DNA of 64,000 bases. Origin: an uncultured Pseudomonadota bacterium (GTDB lineage: Bacteria > UBA10199 > JADFYH01). Positions 28,595-38,619 of this stretch are shown piece by piece. Each line of letters starts with the position of its first letter. Within the stretch, counting starts at the first letter, position 1. Below the pieces are notes generated by a model. That model saw only the letters and a program-made list of their open reading frames with translations, did no database searches and had not been told where the DNA came from. The stretch lies in contig CAZKUY010000001.1 of NCBI GenBank assembly GCA_964556135.1, positions 114,750-178,749 on the forward strand, written 5' to 3'. Position numbers and translations under genes: made by a program.

Positions 28595-30690
28595 TACTTG
28601 CTCTCGGCTTCTTTCTTTTCTTTATATTTCTGAACGAGTTCTTCCTGAACGTTGCGGGGGACGGGCGCATATTTCAAGAATTCCATCGTAAACTCGCCTT
28701 TGCCTTGAGTACAACTACGTAAATCCGTGGAGTATCCGAACATTTCAGAAAGAGGAACTTCGGCATCGACTTGCACATAGCTATTCAAGCTTCCCGTATT
28801 TAAAATCAAGCCACGACGTTGGTTGATTTGACCGACGACCGAACCTTGGAATTCTTCAGGAGCTGCCGTTTGCAACTTCATAATGGGTTCTAAAATGATG
28901 GGCTTACACTTGTCGTAATTTTCACGAACCGCGGTCATGGCGCAAACACGGAAGGCCATATCGGAAGAGTCGACCGCATGATAGGCACCGTCATCAATGA
29001 CAGCACGGAAACCCACCACCGGCGCGCCAATGAGAAGTCCTTTTTTTAATTGCTCTTGGAATCCCTTGTCGCAAGCAGGAATATATTCGCGAGGAATTTT
29101 ACCGCCGACGACTTCATCCACAAACTCATAGGTTTGCACGGCATCTGCGGGAAGAGGTTCGAACCATCCGCCAATTTTCGCGTATTGACCTGAACCACCG
29201 GTTTGTTTTTTATGCTGATAAACGAATTCGGTTTTTTGAGTGATGGTTTCTCGGTAAGCCACTTGAGGTTGTCCCGCAATAACTTCGCACGCGTATTCGC
29301 GCTTCATGCGTTCGATGTAGATTTCTAGATGCAACTCACCCATTCCTGATATGATGGTTTGGGCGGATTCTTCATCGCGGTGCACGCGGAAAGTAGGATC
29401 TTCTTTTGAAAATCGGTTGAGGGCTTTCGAAAAGTTGGCAGTACCACTTTTGTCTTTGGGGGCAACGGCCAAGGAAATAACCGCGTTAGGCACGTGCATC
29501 GAAGTCATGGTGTATTGCACTTTGCCGTCAGTGAAAGTATCGCCTGAGGCGCACTCTACACCGAATAAAGCCACAATGTCTCCGGCTTCGGTTGTTTCAA
29601 TATCGTGCATTTCGTCGGCATGCATGCGGACCAAGCGAGGGATTTTCACCTTCTTTTGGTTGGTCGCATTGATGATCCAATCGCCTTTGCCGATTTTACC
29701 TTGGTAAATTCTCATGTAGGTCAACTGACCAAAGCGACCGTCTTCAAGTTTGAAAGCAAGTCCTACGAATGGCTTATCGGTGACAGATTCTAATTTTACT
29801 TTTTCTTCGTTGTTCTTTTGGTCATGGGCTTCGTTGAGGCTTTCGGAAGGATTCGGAAGATAGTAGCCCACGGAATCCAATAAAAGTTGAACGCCTTTAT
29901 TTTTGTAAGCAGAACCGCACATCACAGGAATGAACTTTAAACTCAAAGTCGCTTTACGAATCGCAGCACGAAGCAATTCAGGAGACACTTCTTTGTCGTC
30001 CAAATAAAGTTCGGCCACGGTCTCATCGAAATCACCGGTTGCGGCAATCAGTTCATGACGACGTTCTTTGGCTTCCTCTAAAAGTGCAGCAGGAATTTCT
30101 TCGACGCGGATGTTTTCACCGTTATCGCCGTCATAATAATTGGCCTTCATATCAACCAGGTCAATGACGCCTTCGAAGCGATCTTCTGCCCCAATGGGTA
30201 AAGTAATCATGTGAGCATTATGGCCGAGCTTATTGCGGAGTTGCTCCATAACCCGGAGAGGATCCGCGCCAGCGCGATCCATCTTGTTGACGAAAGCAAT
30301 ACGAGGAACATGGTAGCGAGTCATTTGACGATCGACGGTGATCGATTGACTTTGCACACCCGAAACAGAGCAGAGAACCAAGATAGCTCCGTCGAGAACA
30401 CGAAGGGCGCGTTCGACTTCGATAGTAAAGTCGACGTGGCCGGGGGTATCGATGATGTTGATGATCTTGTCTTTCCATTCACAGTAAGTCGCGGCCGACT
30501 GAATGGTGATCCCTTTTTCACGTTCCAAATCCATGTAATCCATGGTGGCGCCAACGCCAGACTTACCTTTCACTTCCTCAATTTTATGAATTTTATTGGT
30601 GTAATAAAGGATGCGTTCGGTGAGCGTTGTTTTTCCCGAATCGATATGAGCGGAAATTCCGATGTTTCTGATTTTTTCGATGTTCGCCAT
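28594..30690 (-). CDS. fusA: elongation factor G (stand-alone, mitochondrial/spd-type signature)
   Basis: [17 protein letters not shown] and NKMD GTPase motifs, domains [12 protein letters not shown] replaces the canonical GITITSAAT. Not located in an rpsL-rpsG-fusA-tuf context. Confidence 0.9.
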   Translation of the reverse strand: MANIEKIRNIGISAHIDSGKTTLTERILYYTNKIHKIEEVKGKSGVGATMDYMDLEREKGITIQSAATYCEWKDKIINIIDTPGHVDFTIEVERALRVLDGAILVLCSVSGVQSQSITVDRQMTRYHVPRIAFVNKMDRAGADPLRVMEQLRNKLGHNAHMITLPIGAEDRFEGVIDLVDMKANYYDGDNGENIRVEEIPAALLEEAKERRHELIAATGDFDETVAELYLDDKEVSPELLRAAIRKATLSLKFIPVMCGSAYKNKGVQLLLDSVGYYLPNPSESLNEAHDQKNNEEKVKLESVTDKPFVGLAFKLEDGRFGQLTYMRIYQGKIGKGDWIINATNQKKVKIPRLVRMHADEMHDIETTEAGDIVALFGVECASGDTFTDGKVQYTMTSMHVPNAVISLAVAPKDKSGTANFSKALNRFSKEDPTFRVHRDEESAQTIISGMGELHLEIYIERMKREYACEVIAGQPQVAYRETITQKTEFVYQHKKQTGGSGQYAKIGGWFEPLPADAVQTYEFVDEVVGGKIPREYIPACDKGFQEQLKKGLLIGAPVVGFRAVIDDGAYHAVDSSDMAFRVCAMTAVRENYDKCKPIILEPIMKLQTAAPEEFQGSVVGQINQRRGLILNTGSLNSYVQVDAEVPLSEMFGYSTDLRSCTQGKGEFTMEFLKYAPVPRNVQEELVQKYKEKKEAESK

Positions 30691-30841
30691 AAAATTTGAT
30701 ATCTCCAGATAAGTGAATGATCTGCTTAGTAAGTCATTGAAAGAGGGGCGCTTTTAGCAAGGATTAAAGGTAAAAGTCGAGACTTTTTTGCTTGGATTTG
30801 GATATTTTCTCTCCCAGAAGGACTTGGCAGGGGCCGACTAG

Positions 30842-30867
30842 CAACACTTTTGCTCACGGGGCGATAA
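30842..30867 (+). promoter_or_regulatory. CAAC-N16-CGATAA promoter-like motif (copy E)
   Basis: tAGCAAC at 30840-30845 and CGATAA at 30862-30867, exactly 16 nt apart, 77 nt upstream of the ATG at 30944. Confidence 0.6.
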
Positions 30868-30943
30868 AGATCATCCCAGGGGAAAGATAGCTCTATAACC
30901 CTTAAAGGATTCTGCAAATTCACAAGAATCCAGGAGCTTTCTC

Positions 30944-31606
30944 ATGGGCGCACCCCAGGTAACAGGTACAACACACAACAGTCCTATCGATCTTAATATC
31001 TGCCAGGCTTACAGTAGCTATTTCAGGGCAGCACCTTCAGAAATAACAGAATGTAGCAAAACGGATTGCAGCTGGGACGATGGTCAAAATTCTCATTGCG
31101 GCTATCGTGCTGTGGTGAATGGAAGAAGTCGTGAGTTTTTCTTTCCCACAAAGGGTAGGTCCGAAATTCAGGCTGTGAGGTCCCCCTTATTTGATCCAAT
31201 CGATATGATGGGAGGCGGCGGTTTTTTCGCCAAACTGGGTACGAAGTTCGTTGGCAGAAAAGTCGTGGTGGCTGGAGTGGATCATATTCCTAATTACACG
31301 ATCATGCCTCTTATCCGTACTATTTCGACTACCACTGTAGATAATGCCCTCGATGCTCAAAGAGTGGCCAAATCTTTACGTTGGTTAATTGTTGCCACCC
31401 TGGACCAACATGGCTTAACCAGAAGTTTTGTAAATGAAGTGACGAAGCGCACCAGTTATGGAGTTCAAAAGTCGCATGTATTTTCCTACATGATGTTTGG
31501 CAAGCTTACAGGGCAAGGACCTATAATAGATTCAGTGCACGAGAGAATGGTGATCAATGCCATTATGGATGTGGGTCGAGAAATGTTTTTGAAGATATCA
31601 TGGTGA
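30944..31606 (+). CDS. hypothetical protein (220 aa)
   Basis: AGGAG RBS 8 nt upstream. Polar Thr/Ser-rich N-terminus, GGGG patch. No family recognised. Confidence 0.5.
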   Translation: MGAPQVTGTTHNSPIDLNICQAYSSYFRAAPSEITECSKTDCSWDDGQNSHCGYRAVVNGRSREFFFPTKGRSEIQAVRSPLFDPIDMMGGGGFFAKLGTKFVGRKVVVAGVDHIPNYTIMPLIRTISTTTVDNALDAQRVAKSLRWLIVATLDQHGLTRSFVNEVTKRTSYGVQKSHVFSYMMFGKLTGQGPIIDSVHERMVINAIMDVGREMFLKISW

Positions 31607-31619
31607 TATCTCGACCTGA

Positions 31620-32105
31620 TTACGGCATGATTCTTAGGCTACAAAAATGTGCTAAGGATAGCATTTGATTCTTATCAGGCGTAATATTTTCACCCTTAAA
31701 GATGCTTACTGCCAAACGGCGTACATAGCTCATATTGCTTGGAATTCTCGATGGATCGCAATCTGGAGTTTCTGGAGTTGTTTTGTTTGTAGTATGGAAG
31801 TTTGCTATAAACTGTTTGGCTTTTTCGATACTATTTGGAAGGTGTGGGGTGCATTTTTCAGTGGTAACTATGTTGACCTTATCGATTCCGATTGCAATGC
31901 TCCTGAGTAAGAGGCTTGCATCTCGGCGTTTTAGTGCGTTTTCTCTTGTGTCAGGCTTTCCTAGAAGTTTTGTTTCGTAAAATTTAATAACTTCGGGATA
32001 ACCTGTACTGAAGTGTTCTGCAGTTTCTCTGATGACACATTCTTGGTAGGCATTCACATTATCATGCGAGAGAGCAGTGGGTTTTGGCGTCATGACTTTC
32101 TCCAA
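31620..32105 (-). CDS. hypothetical protein (161 aa)
   Basis: Long ORF convergent with the preceding gene (13-nt gap). No family recognised. Confidence 0.45.
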   Translation of the reverse strand: MEKVMTPKPTALSHDNVNAYQECVIRETAEHFSTGYPEVIKFYETKLLGKPDTRENALKRRDASLLLRSIAIGIDKVNIVTTEKCTPHLPNSIEKAKQFIANFHTTNKTTPETPDCDPSRIPSNMSYVRRLAVSIFKGENITPDKNQMLSLAHFCSLRIMP

Positions 32106-32272
32106 TCCTGTAACTAGAACTATTTCTAGTAAACTACTTACATGAGCAAGTAATGTGCCATCTGTGCACGGATTTTTATTGAGTTATAACAAGGACTTAT
32201 GAGGCATGGCCTCAGTATGAGTAGGAGTAGAGTTCTTTAATGTGCCAAATGGGTACATTAAAAAGAAGGCCT

Positions 32273-33466
32273 TTACAAGCTTGTGGCGGCTGCATTCGCC
32301 GATGCCCAAGCCCATTGAAAGTTGAAGCCGCCCAGCCATCCTGTGACATCCACGCATTCTCCAATGAAGTATAAGCCGGGGACTTTTTTGCTTTCCATGG
32401 TCTGAGAGGAAAGTTCATTCGTATCGATGCCTCCGCAAGTTACTTCTGCTTTTGTGTAGCCTTCCTCACCGGCGGGGGCAATTTCCCAATTTTTGAAAGT
32501 TTGAGCGATTTTTGATAGCTCGAGATCAGCAGTTTGAAAAATAGGGCTCGATAAAAGTCTGTGTTTATCAAACCAAATTTCTAAAAAGCGCTTAGGAAAA
32601 AATTGAGCGAGTATATTTTTGACTTCAGCTCTATTGCCTAGATTTTTTTCGCGAAGTAAAAAATCTTCAAGATTGAAATCAGGAAGTAAATGGATGCGAA
32701 TTTTTTCGCCCGCTTTCCAATACGAGGAAATCTGCAAAATGGCCGGTCCGCTCAGTCCTTTGTGAGTAAAAAGAATATTTTCTCGGAAGGATTTTTTCCC
32801 AAAGGAAACAACGGCATCTAAGGAAACTCCGCTGAGCTCCCCGTAAGTTTTGGAGTTTTGCACTTTCCAAAGCAGAGGAACGAGACCCGGTCGAACTTCT
32901 AGAACTTTAATTTTAAATTGTTCGGCAATTTCATAAGCGAAAGGAGTTGCACCCAAGTTGGGGAAGGACAGACCTCCGCTAGCAATGATGAGATGAGACG
33001 AAGTGAAAGCTCCCATCGATGTGTCGATTCTAAATCGTAGGGGCGATGCATGTATCGCCCCCAGCGAATTGATTTTGCAATTTGTTAAAATATGAACGCC
33101 CGCAAGTTCACATTCTCTCAAAAGTAACTGAGTGATTTGCTTTGCGGAAGTTTCGCAGAATAATTGTCCTAATTTTTTTTCGAAATAAGGGATTTCATAT
33201 TTTTCGATGAGATCAATGAAATCTTGAGGTGAATAACGCGCTAAGGCAGATTTGCAAAAGTGGGGATTTTCGGAAAGAAAGTTTTCTGGCTTCGTGTCCG
33301 TGTTGGTAAAATTACAGCGACCGCCTCCCGAAATGAGGATTTTTTTACCGACTCGATCATTGTGCTCTAAAAGTAAAACCTTTTTACCACGATGACCTGC
33401 AATCTGTGCGCACATCAGCCCTGCAGCACCGCCGCCAATAATGATGACATCGTATTCCTTCGACAT
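32273..33466 (-). CDS. HI0933/BaiN-family flavoprotein (NAD(P)/FAD-dependent oxidoreductase)
   Basis: DVIIIGGGAAGLMCA, SGGGRCNFTN and C-terminal GGFNFQWAW motifs. Confidence 0.85.
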   Translation of the reverse strand: MSKEYDVIIIGGGAAGLMCAQIAGHRGKKVLLLEHNDRVGKKILISGGGRCNFTNTDTKPENFLSENPHFCKSALARYSPQDFIDLIEKYEIPYFEKKLGQLFCETSAKQITQLLLRECELAGVHILTNCKINSLGAIHASPLRFRIDTSMGAFTSSHLIIASGGLSFPNLGATPFAYEIAEQFKIKVLEVRPGLVPLLWKVQNSKTYGELSGVSLDAVVSFGKKSFRENILFTHKGLSGPAILQISSYWKAGEKIRIHLLPDFNLEDFLLREKNLGNRAEVKNILAQFFPKRFLEIWFDKHRLLSSPIFQTADLELSKIAQTFKNWEIAPAGEEGYTKAEVTCGGIDTNELSSQTMESKKVPGLYFIGECVDVTGWLGGFNFQWAWASANAAATSL

Positions 33467-34164
33467 TAGCGACGCTTACCCATAATATTTAAGAGGCTTA
33501 GGAAAAGATTGATGAAATCGAGGTAGAGTGTGAGAGCACCATAGATAGCGGGTTTTTCACTTCCGCCTACTTCAGGATTTGCCAAAGCGATTTGCTTGAG
33601 CTTTTGAGTATCATAAGCGGTGAGTCCAACAAAAATAATCACGCCAGCGAAAGAAATCGCCAAGCTCATGGCGCTACTCTTGATAAAGAAGTTCACGAGC
33701 ATCGCTAAAACCATTCCAAGTAAAGCCATAAAAAGAAAACTACCCCATGAAGTAAGGTCTTTTTTGGTGATGTAACCATAAGCGCTCATGCCTGCAAACA
33801 TGCCACCGGTCAGAAAGAAGACTTGTCCGATCGATGAAAGGGTATAGGCGAGGAAAATAACGGACAAAGTCAAACCATTGAGAGCTGAATATGCAACGAA
33901 CATGGCTCCTGCGACAGCCGTGGAAACTCGAGCAGCCATAAAACTCATCGCCATGACCAACACTAATTCCGCAATAATCAAACCGGTAAACATGTTTCGG
34001 TTCATGATAAAGGTTTGGACTAAACTAGGAGTGTTTGCGACATGCCATGAAACGATGCCGGTAAGGACAAGGCCTCCGCACATCCAAATATATACTTTTT
34101 GAAGGAATTCATTGACGATGCTACGTTCTGAAATTCCGGTGAAAGGTCGGCTTTGAATATCCAT
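33466..34164 (-). CDS. Bax inhibitor-1/YccA family membrane protein
   Basis: Start chosen at MDIQSRPF (ATG 34164, AAGGAG RBS). Seven hydrophobic helices. C-terminal LYLDFINLFLSLLNIMG motif. Confidence 0.85.
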   Translation of the reverse strand: MDIQSRPFTGISERSIVNEFLQKVYIWMCGGLVLTGIVSWHVANTPSLVQTFIMNRNMFTGLIIAELVLVMAMSFMAARVSTAVAGAMFVAYSALNGLTLSVIFLAYTLSSIGQVFFLTGGMFAGMSAYGYITKKDLTSWGSFLFMALLGMVLAMLVNFFIKSSAMSLAISFAGVIIFVGLTAYDTQKLKQIALANPEVGGSEKPAIYGALTLYLDFINLFLSLLNIMGKRR

Positions 34165-34174
34165 TATATTCTCC

Positions 34175-34474
34175 TTACTGTATTTTAACTTTAATGCATT
34201 CTGCGGGGGGTTCCTTACCTCGCTCGCGCATGTAAGATGATAAATCATCCAGCGATGAGTAGCAATTCAGGTTATTTTGGGCCGCTCTCAGCTTGCAGTA
34301 AAGATCAGTATCATTATCGATCATTTTTGCCTTATCACAGCAACGGACAAACCTATCACAATGCGGTCCTTTCGGTGGCCACAAATTGACTCCTCCAACC
34401 AGGACTTGAGTACTGCTTTGTGCAAAGAGAGAAGGGGAGACTAACAAAAAGCTCAGAAGAATGATTTTACGCAT
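34175..34474 (-). CDS. small secreted Cys-rich protein (99 aa)
   Basis: Signal peptide MRKIILLSFLLVSPSLFA-Q. Six Cys in the mature part. Confidence 0.5.
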   Translation of the reverse strand: MRKIILLSFLLVSPSLFAQSSTQVLVGGVNLWPPKGPHCDRFVRCCDKAKMIDNDTDLYCKLRAAQNNLNCYSSLDDLSSYMRERGKEPPAECIKVKIQ

Positions 34475-34556
34475 TCCTCAGCTCTATAGTAAAAATGCAT
34501 TGAATGGAAAGCTTTATTGAAGCGTGTACATAAAGTAGCGAAACAAATTTATCTGA

Positions 34557-34582
34557 CAACCTTTTTTCGATACTCGCGATTA
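34557..34582 (+). promoter_or_regulatory. CAAC-N16-CGATTA promoter-like motif (copy A)
   Basis: CAAC at 34557-34560 and CGATTA at 34577-34582, 16-nt spacer, 33 nt upstream of TTG 34616 (45 nt upstream of ATG 34628). Confidence 0.55.
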
Positions 34583-34615
34583 GGAATTATCCTTTTTACG
34601 TCAATTTAGTTTTTT

Positions 34616-37600
34616 TTGGGGCAACTTATGACTCTTGCGACAGGAAATTCTTCCTCATTATTACAGCGCAGATTTTCACAAGCTCAAGCTCCAAGTTTAA
34701 GTGCCGCCCAGCTTGAGATGGATGCGCTGCAAGCCCAACTTCAGACAGAAGCCGGAAACTTTTCCAACCTTCTCGCCATGGCGGGGGGAGGTCTAGCTTA
34801 TAAAGTCGCGCGTTCAGGTTTCCTATCGATCGGTTCCCATCGTGCTTTAGCCGTAATGGGAGGGCTTGCTACGGAAGTGTCCGCTTTTCGGGCGGCGACG
34901 AATGGCTTTGCGAACTTACGAGGTGAAAGACCTCATGAAAATATTTTTGATGCGAAAGCTTGGTTTGGTACTTTCATGAGTTTTGGAGTGCTGAAAGGGG
35001 CGGGACGGCTTGCGCAAGGCCAATCCGCTTTCTTGGCGCATGGCTTTCAGTCTTCAGCGATGGTGGCTGGCAATCAACTCACTTATCATATGGGGCTTAC
35101 CCACGCCCCTGAGGGCAGCTTGTTGCAGCAGCTCATTCATGCAGAAGTGACGAACATGGCGATGATCGGAGGGAATGCGCTGTTAGGGTCGGCGACTGGT
35201 CATTCCTTGGCCTTCTTGGAAAAAAGCTTCGAGTTAAGATCGAGTGCATTCCAAAAAGGGGCTCGCACCTTCAATGCCTTGCCGGCCATGCATCAAAATG
35301 AAATCTTGCAGAGCTTTAAAGACAGTTCCTTGCAAGCAAAACTAAATCCGCTTTTTGAAAAAATCCGCGCAGGTGAATCTGGGCAGCAAGTGGCAAAAGC
35401 TTTGGAGGCCGCAAACATCACTCTAGAAGATGTCGTGGTATACACCGATTTTTCAAATCCCGAGTATGCAAAAAACAATTACGGACGAACGCTTCTCCAT
35501 CGGGATTCCCACTTAGAAGCCCTGGTTTTAGGTTGGAGACCTGGACAACACACGCGTGCTCATGACCATCGCGCCGCGGATGGTTCGCCGGTGAATGTAG
35601 TGGAAACGGCAGTACAAGGGAATGCCGGGGAAATCATCTACGCAAATGAGGGAGCCCGTTGGCGAGAAGTGGAGAGAGTGGTCCAAAAGCCAGGTCAAGT
35701 GATGTCTGGGGGCAAAGACCTTTATCATCTGATCTTCAATGCCGGCGATGGCAACATGATTAGCCTTCATTTATATTGGCCTCCGCTGGATTTGAGTCGT
35801 GGAACTTATCAAGAGTTTGATCCCTGGGCGAGACCGATTTCACTTTCGGATCGAGCGAGAAATTTGGAAATGCCGGGGCCTGCGCAAGTATCGAATTGGA
35901 TTCGCGAACTTCAAGCGAAGGGCGTTGACGATATTATTAATTTAGGAATGGGGCAAAATGGATTTCCACCTGAAGTGCACATTCGGGAAGCTGCGGCCAA
36001 TCAAGCTTTGAACAAGCCTGCCACTTACGGTGCGGTGCAAGGGCAGCCCGAGTTGATCACGTCCATCCGCGAGAAATATCAACGCGATCATGGGGTGAGG
36101 TACAGCGATCAAGAAGTCGTAGTAAGTAATGGCGGAAAATCGTCTCTCACATTAGGCTGCCAAGCACTTTTTCAAAATGGAGAAACAGCGATCATTTTAG
36201 GACCTGCCTGGCCAAGTTACCGCGAGGAAGTGAGTTTAGCGGGAGGAAATCCCGTCATATTATTGGGTGAACGAGAAGCTCAATATCGCATTACCCCTGC
36301 GCAACTCGAACGAACGCTCGATGCACATCCAAATGCGAAGGCATTGATTCTCACCAATCCATCCAATCCCACAGGAATTCTTTATTCTCGAAGCGAGCTT
36401 AAAGCATTTGGTGCTATTGCTGAAAAAAGAGATCTCATTGTGATCGCGGATGAAATTTATGATGGCCACACCTATCGAGGTGACTTTACTGCCTTTGCAT
36501 CACTGCCGAGAATGAGAAGCCGTACTTTGACGATGAACGGTGGCAGTAAAGTCTATTCATTGGCAGGCTGGCGAGTGACTTGGCTCGTCGGTCCTGAAGA
36601 GTTGATTCAAGCTGTGGTGCGCCTTCAAGCGCATGAAGCGTCGAATACCGATACTATGGCGCAAGCGGCATTGACCGCGGCTTTGCAAGGGGAGCAGGGA
36701 TTTATTCGTCGGCAGGTGAGCGAGTTTGAAGCACGTGCAAAACGAATCGTGGCACGTTTGAATGAAATGGAATTACACACGGCCATGCCAGAAGCGGCCT
36801 TCTACGCTTTTGCCGATGCAAGAAAATATTTAAATACGGTGACGCCTGAGGGTTTGCACATCCGAACCGACATCGAGCTCGCGCGCTATCTACTTGAAAA
36901 AGCCCATGTCGCGGTGGTGCCAGGCACTTATTTTTTTGCGCCTGGAAATTTTAGGCTCGCCTTTGGTGGCGCAGAAATTCCTACGATTGAAAGGGCGATG
37001 GATAGAATGGAAGTCGCCCTCAAAGCTTTAAGGCAAAGTGAATTGCCTCCTGAAAGTCCTCCGGCTGCTGCTATAGGAATTGCGGGTGCTGCAGAAAGCA
37101 CAGCGATTGTAGCGACGGCGTTTTCGAGATTGAGGCAGCAAATCGCGCCTTACGCACTCCCAGGATTGGCCCTTGCTTCGATGTGGCAGGGGATGAGTTC
37201 GGGTTGGGCCTTGGTGGCGGGTTTAGGCGTGGCCTTAACGGTGGGCAATCCTTATGGCGAGCTCACGAGCAAAGCGGTGAAACCTTTATTGGCGGCTTCG
37301 CTCATTGGTTTGGGAGCGGGAATGGATTTGAATGCGGTTGCGCGCGCCGGTGCCCACGGAGTTTTTTACACTCTGGGCGGCATCACGATTACGTTGGGCT
37401 TAGGAAAGTTACTGAGTCTAGTGAGTGGTGTAGAGCGCAATCAACGTCGTTTAATTGATTGCGGTACGGCCATTTGCGGAGGAAGCGCGATCGCGGCTAT
37501 CACTCAAACTTTGGGCTTGAAACCTAAAGATCCTGCCGTCTCGGTTGCCTTAGGAACCGTATTTACCTTAAATAGTTTGGCGCTCTTTTTGTTTCCCATG

Positions 37601-38089
37601 ATTGGACATAAGTTGAATATGTCGCAGCACGATTTCGGTCTTTGGTCGGCCATGGCGATTCACGATACGAGTTCGGTAGTGGGCGCCGCGGCTGCCTATG
37701 GTCCCGAAGCCCTCGAAACGGCAACCACCGTAAAATTAGCGCGAGCACTTTGGATTATTCCTTTAGCCTTTGGCATGACTGCCTGGGACCGTCGAAACCA
37801 GGCTCGTTCCGAAAATCCAGCTTCTCGACCGGCTTTTCCAAAATTCATTTTAGGATTTTTAGCCGCTGCAGCCGCCACTACTTTTTTACCTGAGCTCAAA
37901 CCGGCGGGTGATTTCATTGCACATCGTTCGCAGGAAACCATGCGTCTCACCCTTTTTCTGCTTGGTGCCAATATGAATTTTCAATCCCTACGCAAAGTGG
38001 GTCCTAAACCTTTTTTACATGGAGCAGGACTTTGGATTGCAATGGGAGGATTAACGCTTTTAGGAATAGAGCAGGGTTGGATAGACTAA
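34616..38089 (+). CDS. four-module fusion protein: family N-module, cysteine dioxygenase-like cupin, class I/II aminotransferase, and YeiH/UPF0324 membrane transporter domain
   Basis: Uninterrupted 1157-codon ORF (alternative start ATG 34628). aa 1-215 is paralogous to ORFs at 43384, 50765 and 52562. aa ~286-392 has WRPGQHTRAHDH...LYHLIFN...SLHLYWPPLD (CDO-type cupin). aa ~425-805 has NPSNPTG, ADEIY and GGSKVYSLAGWR (PLP lysine). aa ~840-1157 has CGTAICGGSAIAA plus multiple TMs (YeiH family). Confidence 0.8.
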   Translation: MGQLMTLATGNSSSLLQRRFSQAQAPSLSAAQLEMDALQAQLQTEAGNFSNLLAMAGGGLAYKVARSGFLSIGSHRALAVMGGLATEVSAFRAATNGFANLRGERPHENIFDAKAWFGTFMSFGVLKGAGRLAQGQSAFLAHGFQSSAMVAGNQLTYHMGLTHAPEGSLLQQLIHAEVTNMAMIGGNALLGSATGHSLAFLEKSFELRSSAFQKGARTFNALPAMHQNEILQSFKDSSLQAKLNPLFEKIRAGESGQQVAKALEAANITLEDVVVYTDFSNPEYAKNNYGRTLLHRDSHLEALVLGWRPGQHTRAHDHRAADGSPVNVVETAVQGNAGEIIYANEGARWREVERVVQKPGQVMSGGKDLYHLIFNAGDGNMISLHLYWPPLDLSRGTYQEFDPWARPISLSDRARNLEMPGPAQVSNWIRELQAKGVDDIINLGMGQNGFPPEVHIREAAANQALNKPATYGAVQGQPELITSIREKYQRDHGVRYSDQEVVVSNGGKSSLTLGCQALFQNGETAIILGPAWPSYREEVSLAGGNPVILLGEREAQYRITPAQLERTLDAHPNAKALILTNPSNPTGILYSRSELKAFGAIAEKRDLIVIADEIYDGHTYRGDFTAFASLPRMRSRTLTMNGGSKVYSLAGWRVTWLVGPEELIQAVVRLQAHEASNTDTMAQAALTAALQGEQGFIRRQVSEFEARAKRIVARLNEMELHTAMPEAAFYAFADARKYLNTVTPEGLHIRTDIELARYLLEKAHVAVVPGTYFFAPGNFRLAFGGAEIPTIERAMDRMEVALKALRQSELPPESPPAAAIGIAGAAESTAIVATAFSRLRQQIAPYALPGLALASMWQGMSSGWALVAGLGVALTVGNPYGELTSKAVKPLLAASLIGLGAGMDLNAVARAGAHGVFYTLGGITITLGLGKLLSLVSGVERNQRRLIDCGTAICGGSAIAAITQTLGLKPKDPAVSVALGTVFTLNSLALFLFPMIGHKLNMSQHDFGLWSAMAIHDTSSVVGAAAAYGPEALETATTVKLARALWIIPLAFGMTAWDRRNQARSENPASRPAFPKFILGFLAAAAATTFLPELKPAGDFIAHRSQETMRLTLFLLGANMNFQSLRKVGPKPFLHGAGLWIAMGGLTLLGIEQGWID

Positions 38090-38619
38090 GAAGATTCGCC
38101 TATGAGCTGTCTAAACAAGCTCGACTCTCTCTTATAAAAACCTTCGGTATGAAAAGAGTCACCTAGTTTAAAATAAGTATAATCTAAATGGTGCAAGGCT
38201 TCGTGCAGCACAGTGCGTAGAAAACTGCGAAACGCTACTACCTGCACCCGCTTGGCGGTGCGCATCCATACGGTAATTAAATAGAGTCCTCTACGAGAAT
38301 CGCATTGATAAAGTCCGTGGAGTTCTCCCCAGTTTTTTGAGGGTCGTCGTTCTAAAACCTTTGCCTTCACGGGGGGGATGCCAAATAAGTGGCAGAGGTA
38401 AGTCAGAAACTGTTGCACCTTCTCTTCGGTTTTTATTTGATTGCCCGTGGCTAATGCTTCCACCATCTCTTTGAGTACGGATTGAAAGAGATCGACTCGG
38501 GGGAGATTCACATAAGAAATTTGATCGCTTTTCTCGTAAATTTTTTTCTGAAAAGGCTTCAGTCGTTTGTAGTAGGCGTAGGGCAATTTTTCTTCCTTAT
38601 TATTTATTTTCTGATTCAC
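38086..38619 (-). CDS. putative zinc metallopeptidase-like protein (HExxH)
   Basis: VLHEALHHLDY motif near the C-terminus. No signal peptide. Overlaps the upstream gene by 20 nt. Confidence 0.45.
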   Translation of the reverse strand: MNQKINNKEEKLPYAYYKRLKPFQKKIYEKSDQISYVNLPRVDLFQSVLKEMVEALATGNQIKTEEKVQQFLTYLCHLFGIPPVKAKVLERRPSKNWGELHGLYQCDSRRGLYLITVWMRTAKRVQVVAFRSFLRTVLHEALHHLDYTYFKLGDSFHTEGFYKRESSLFRQLIGESS

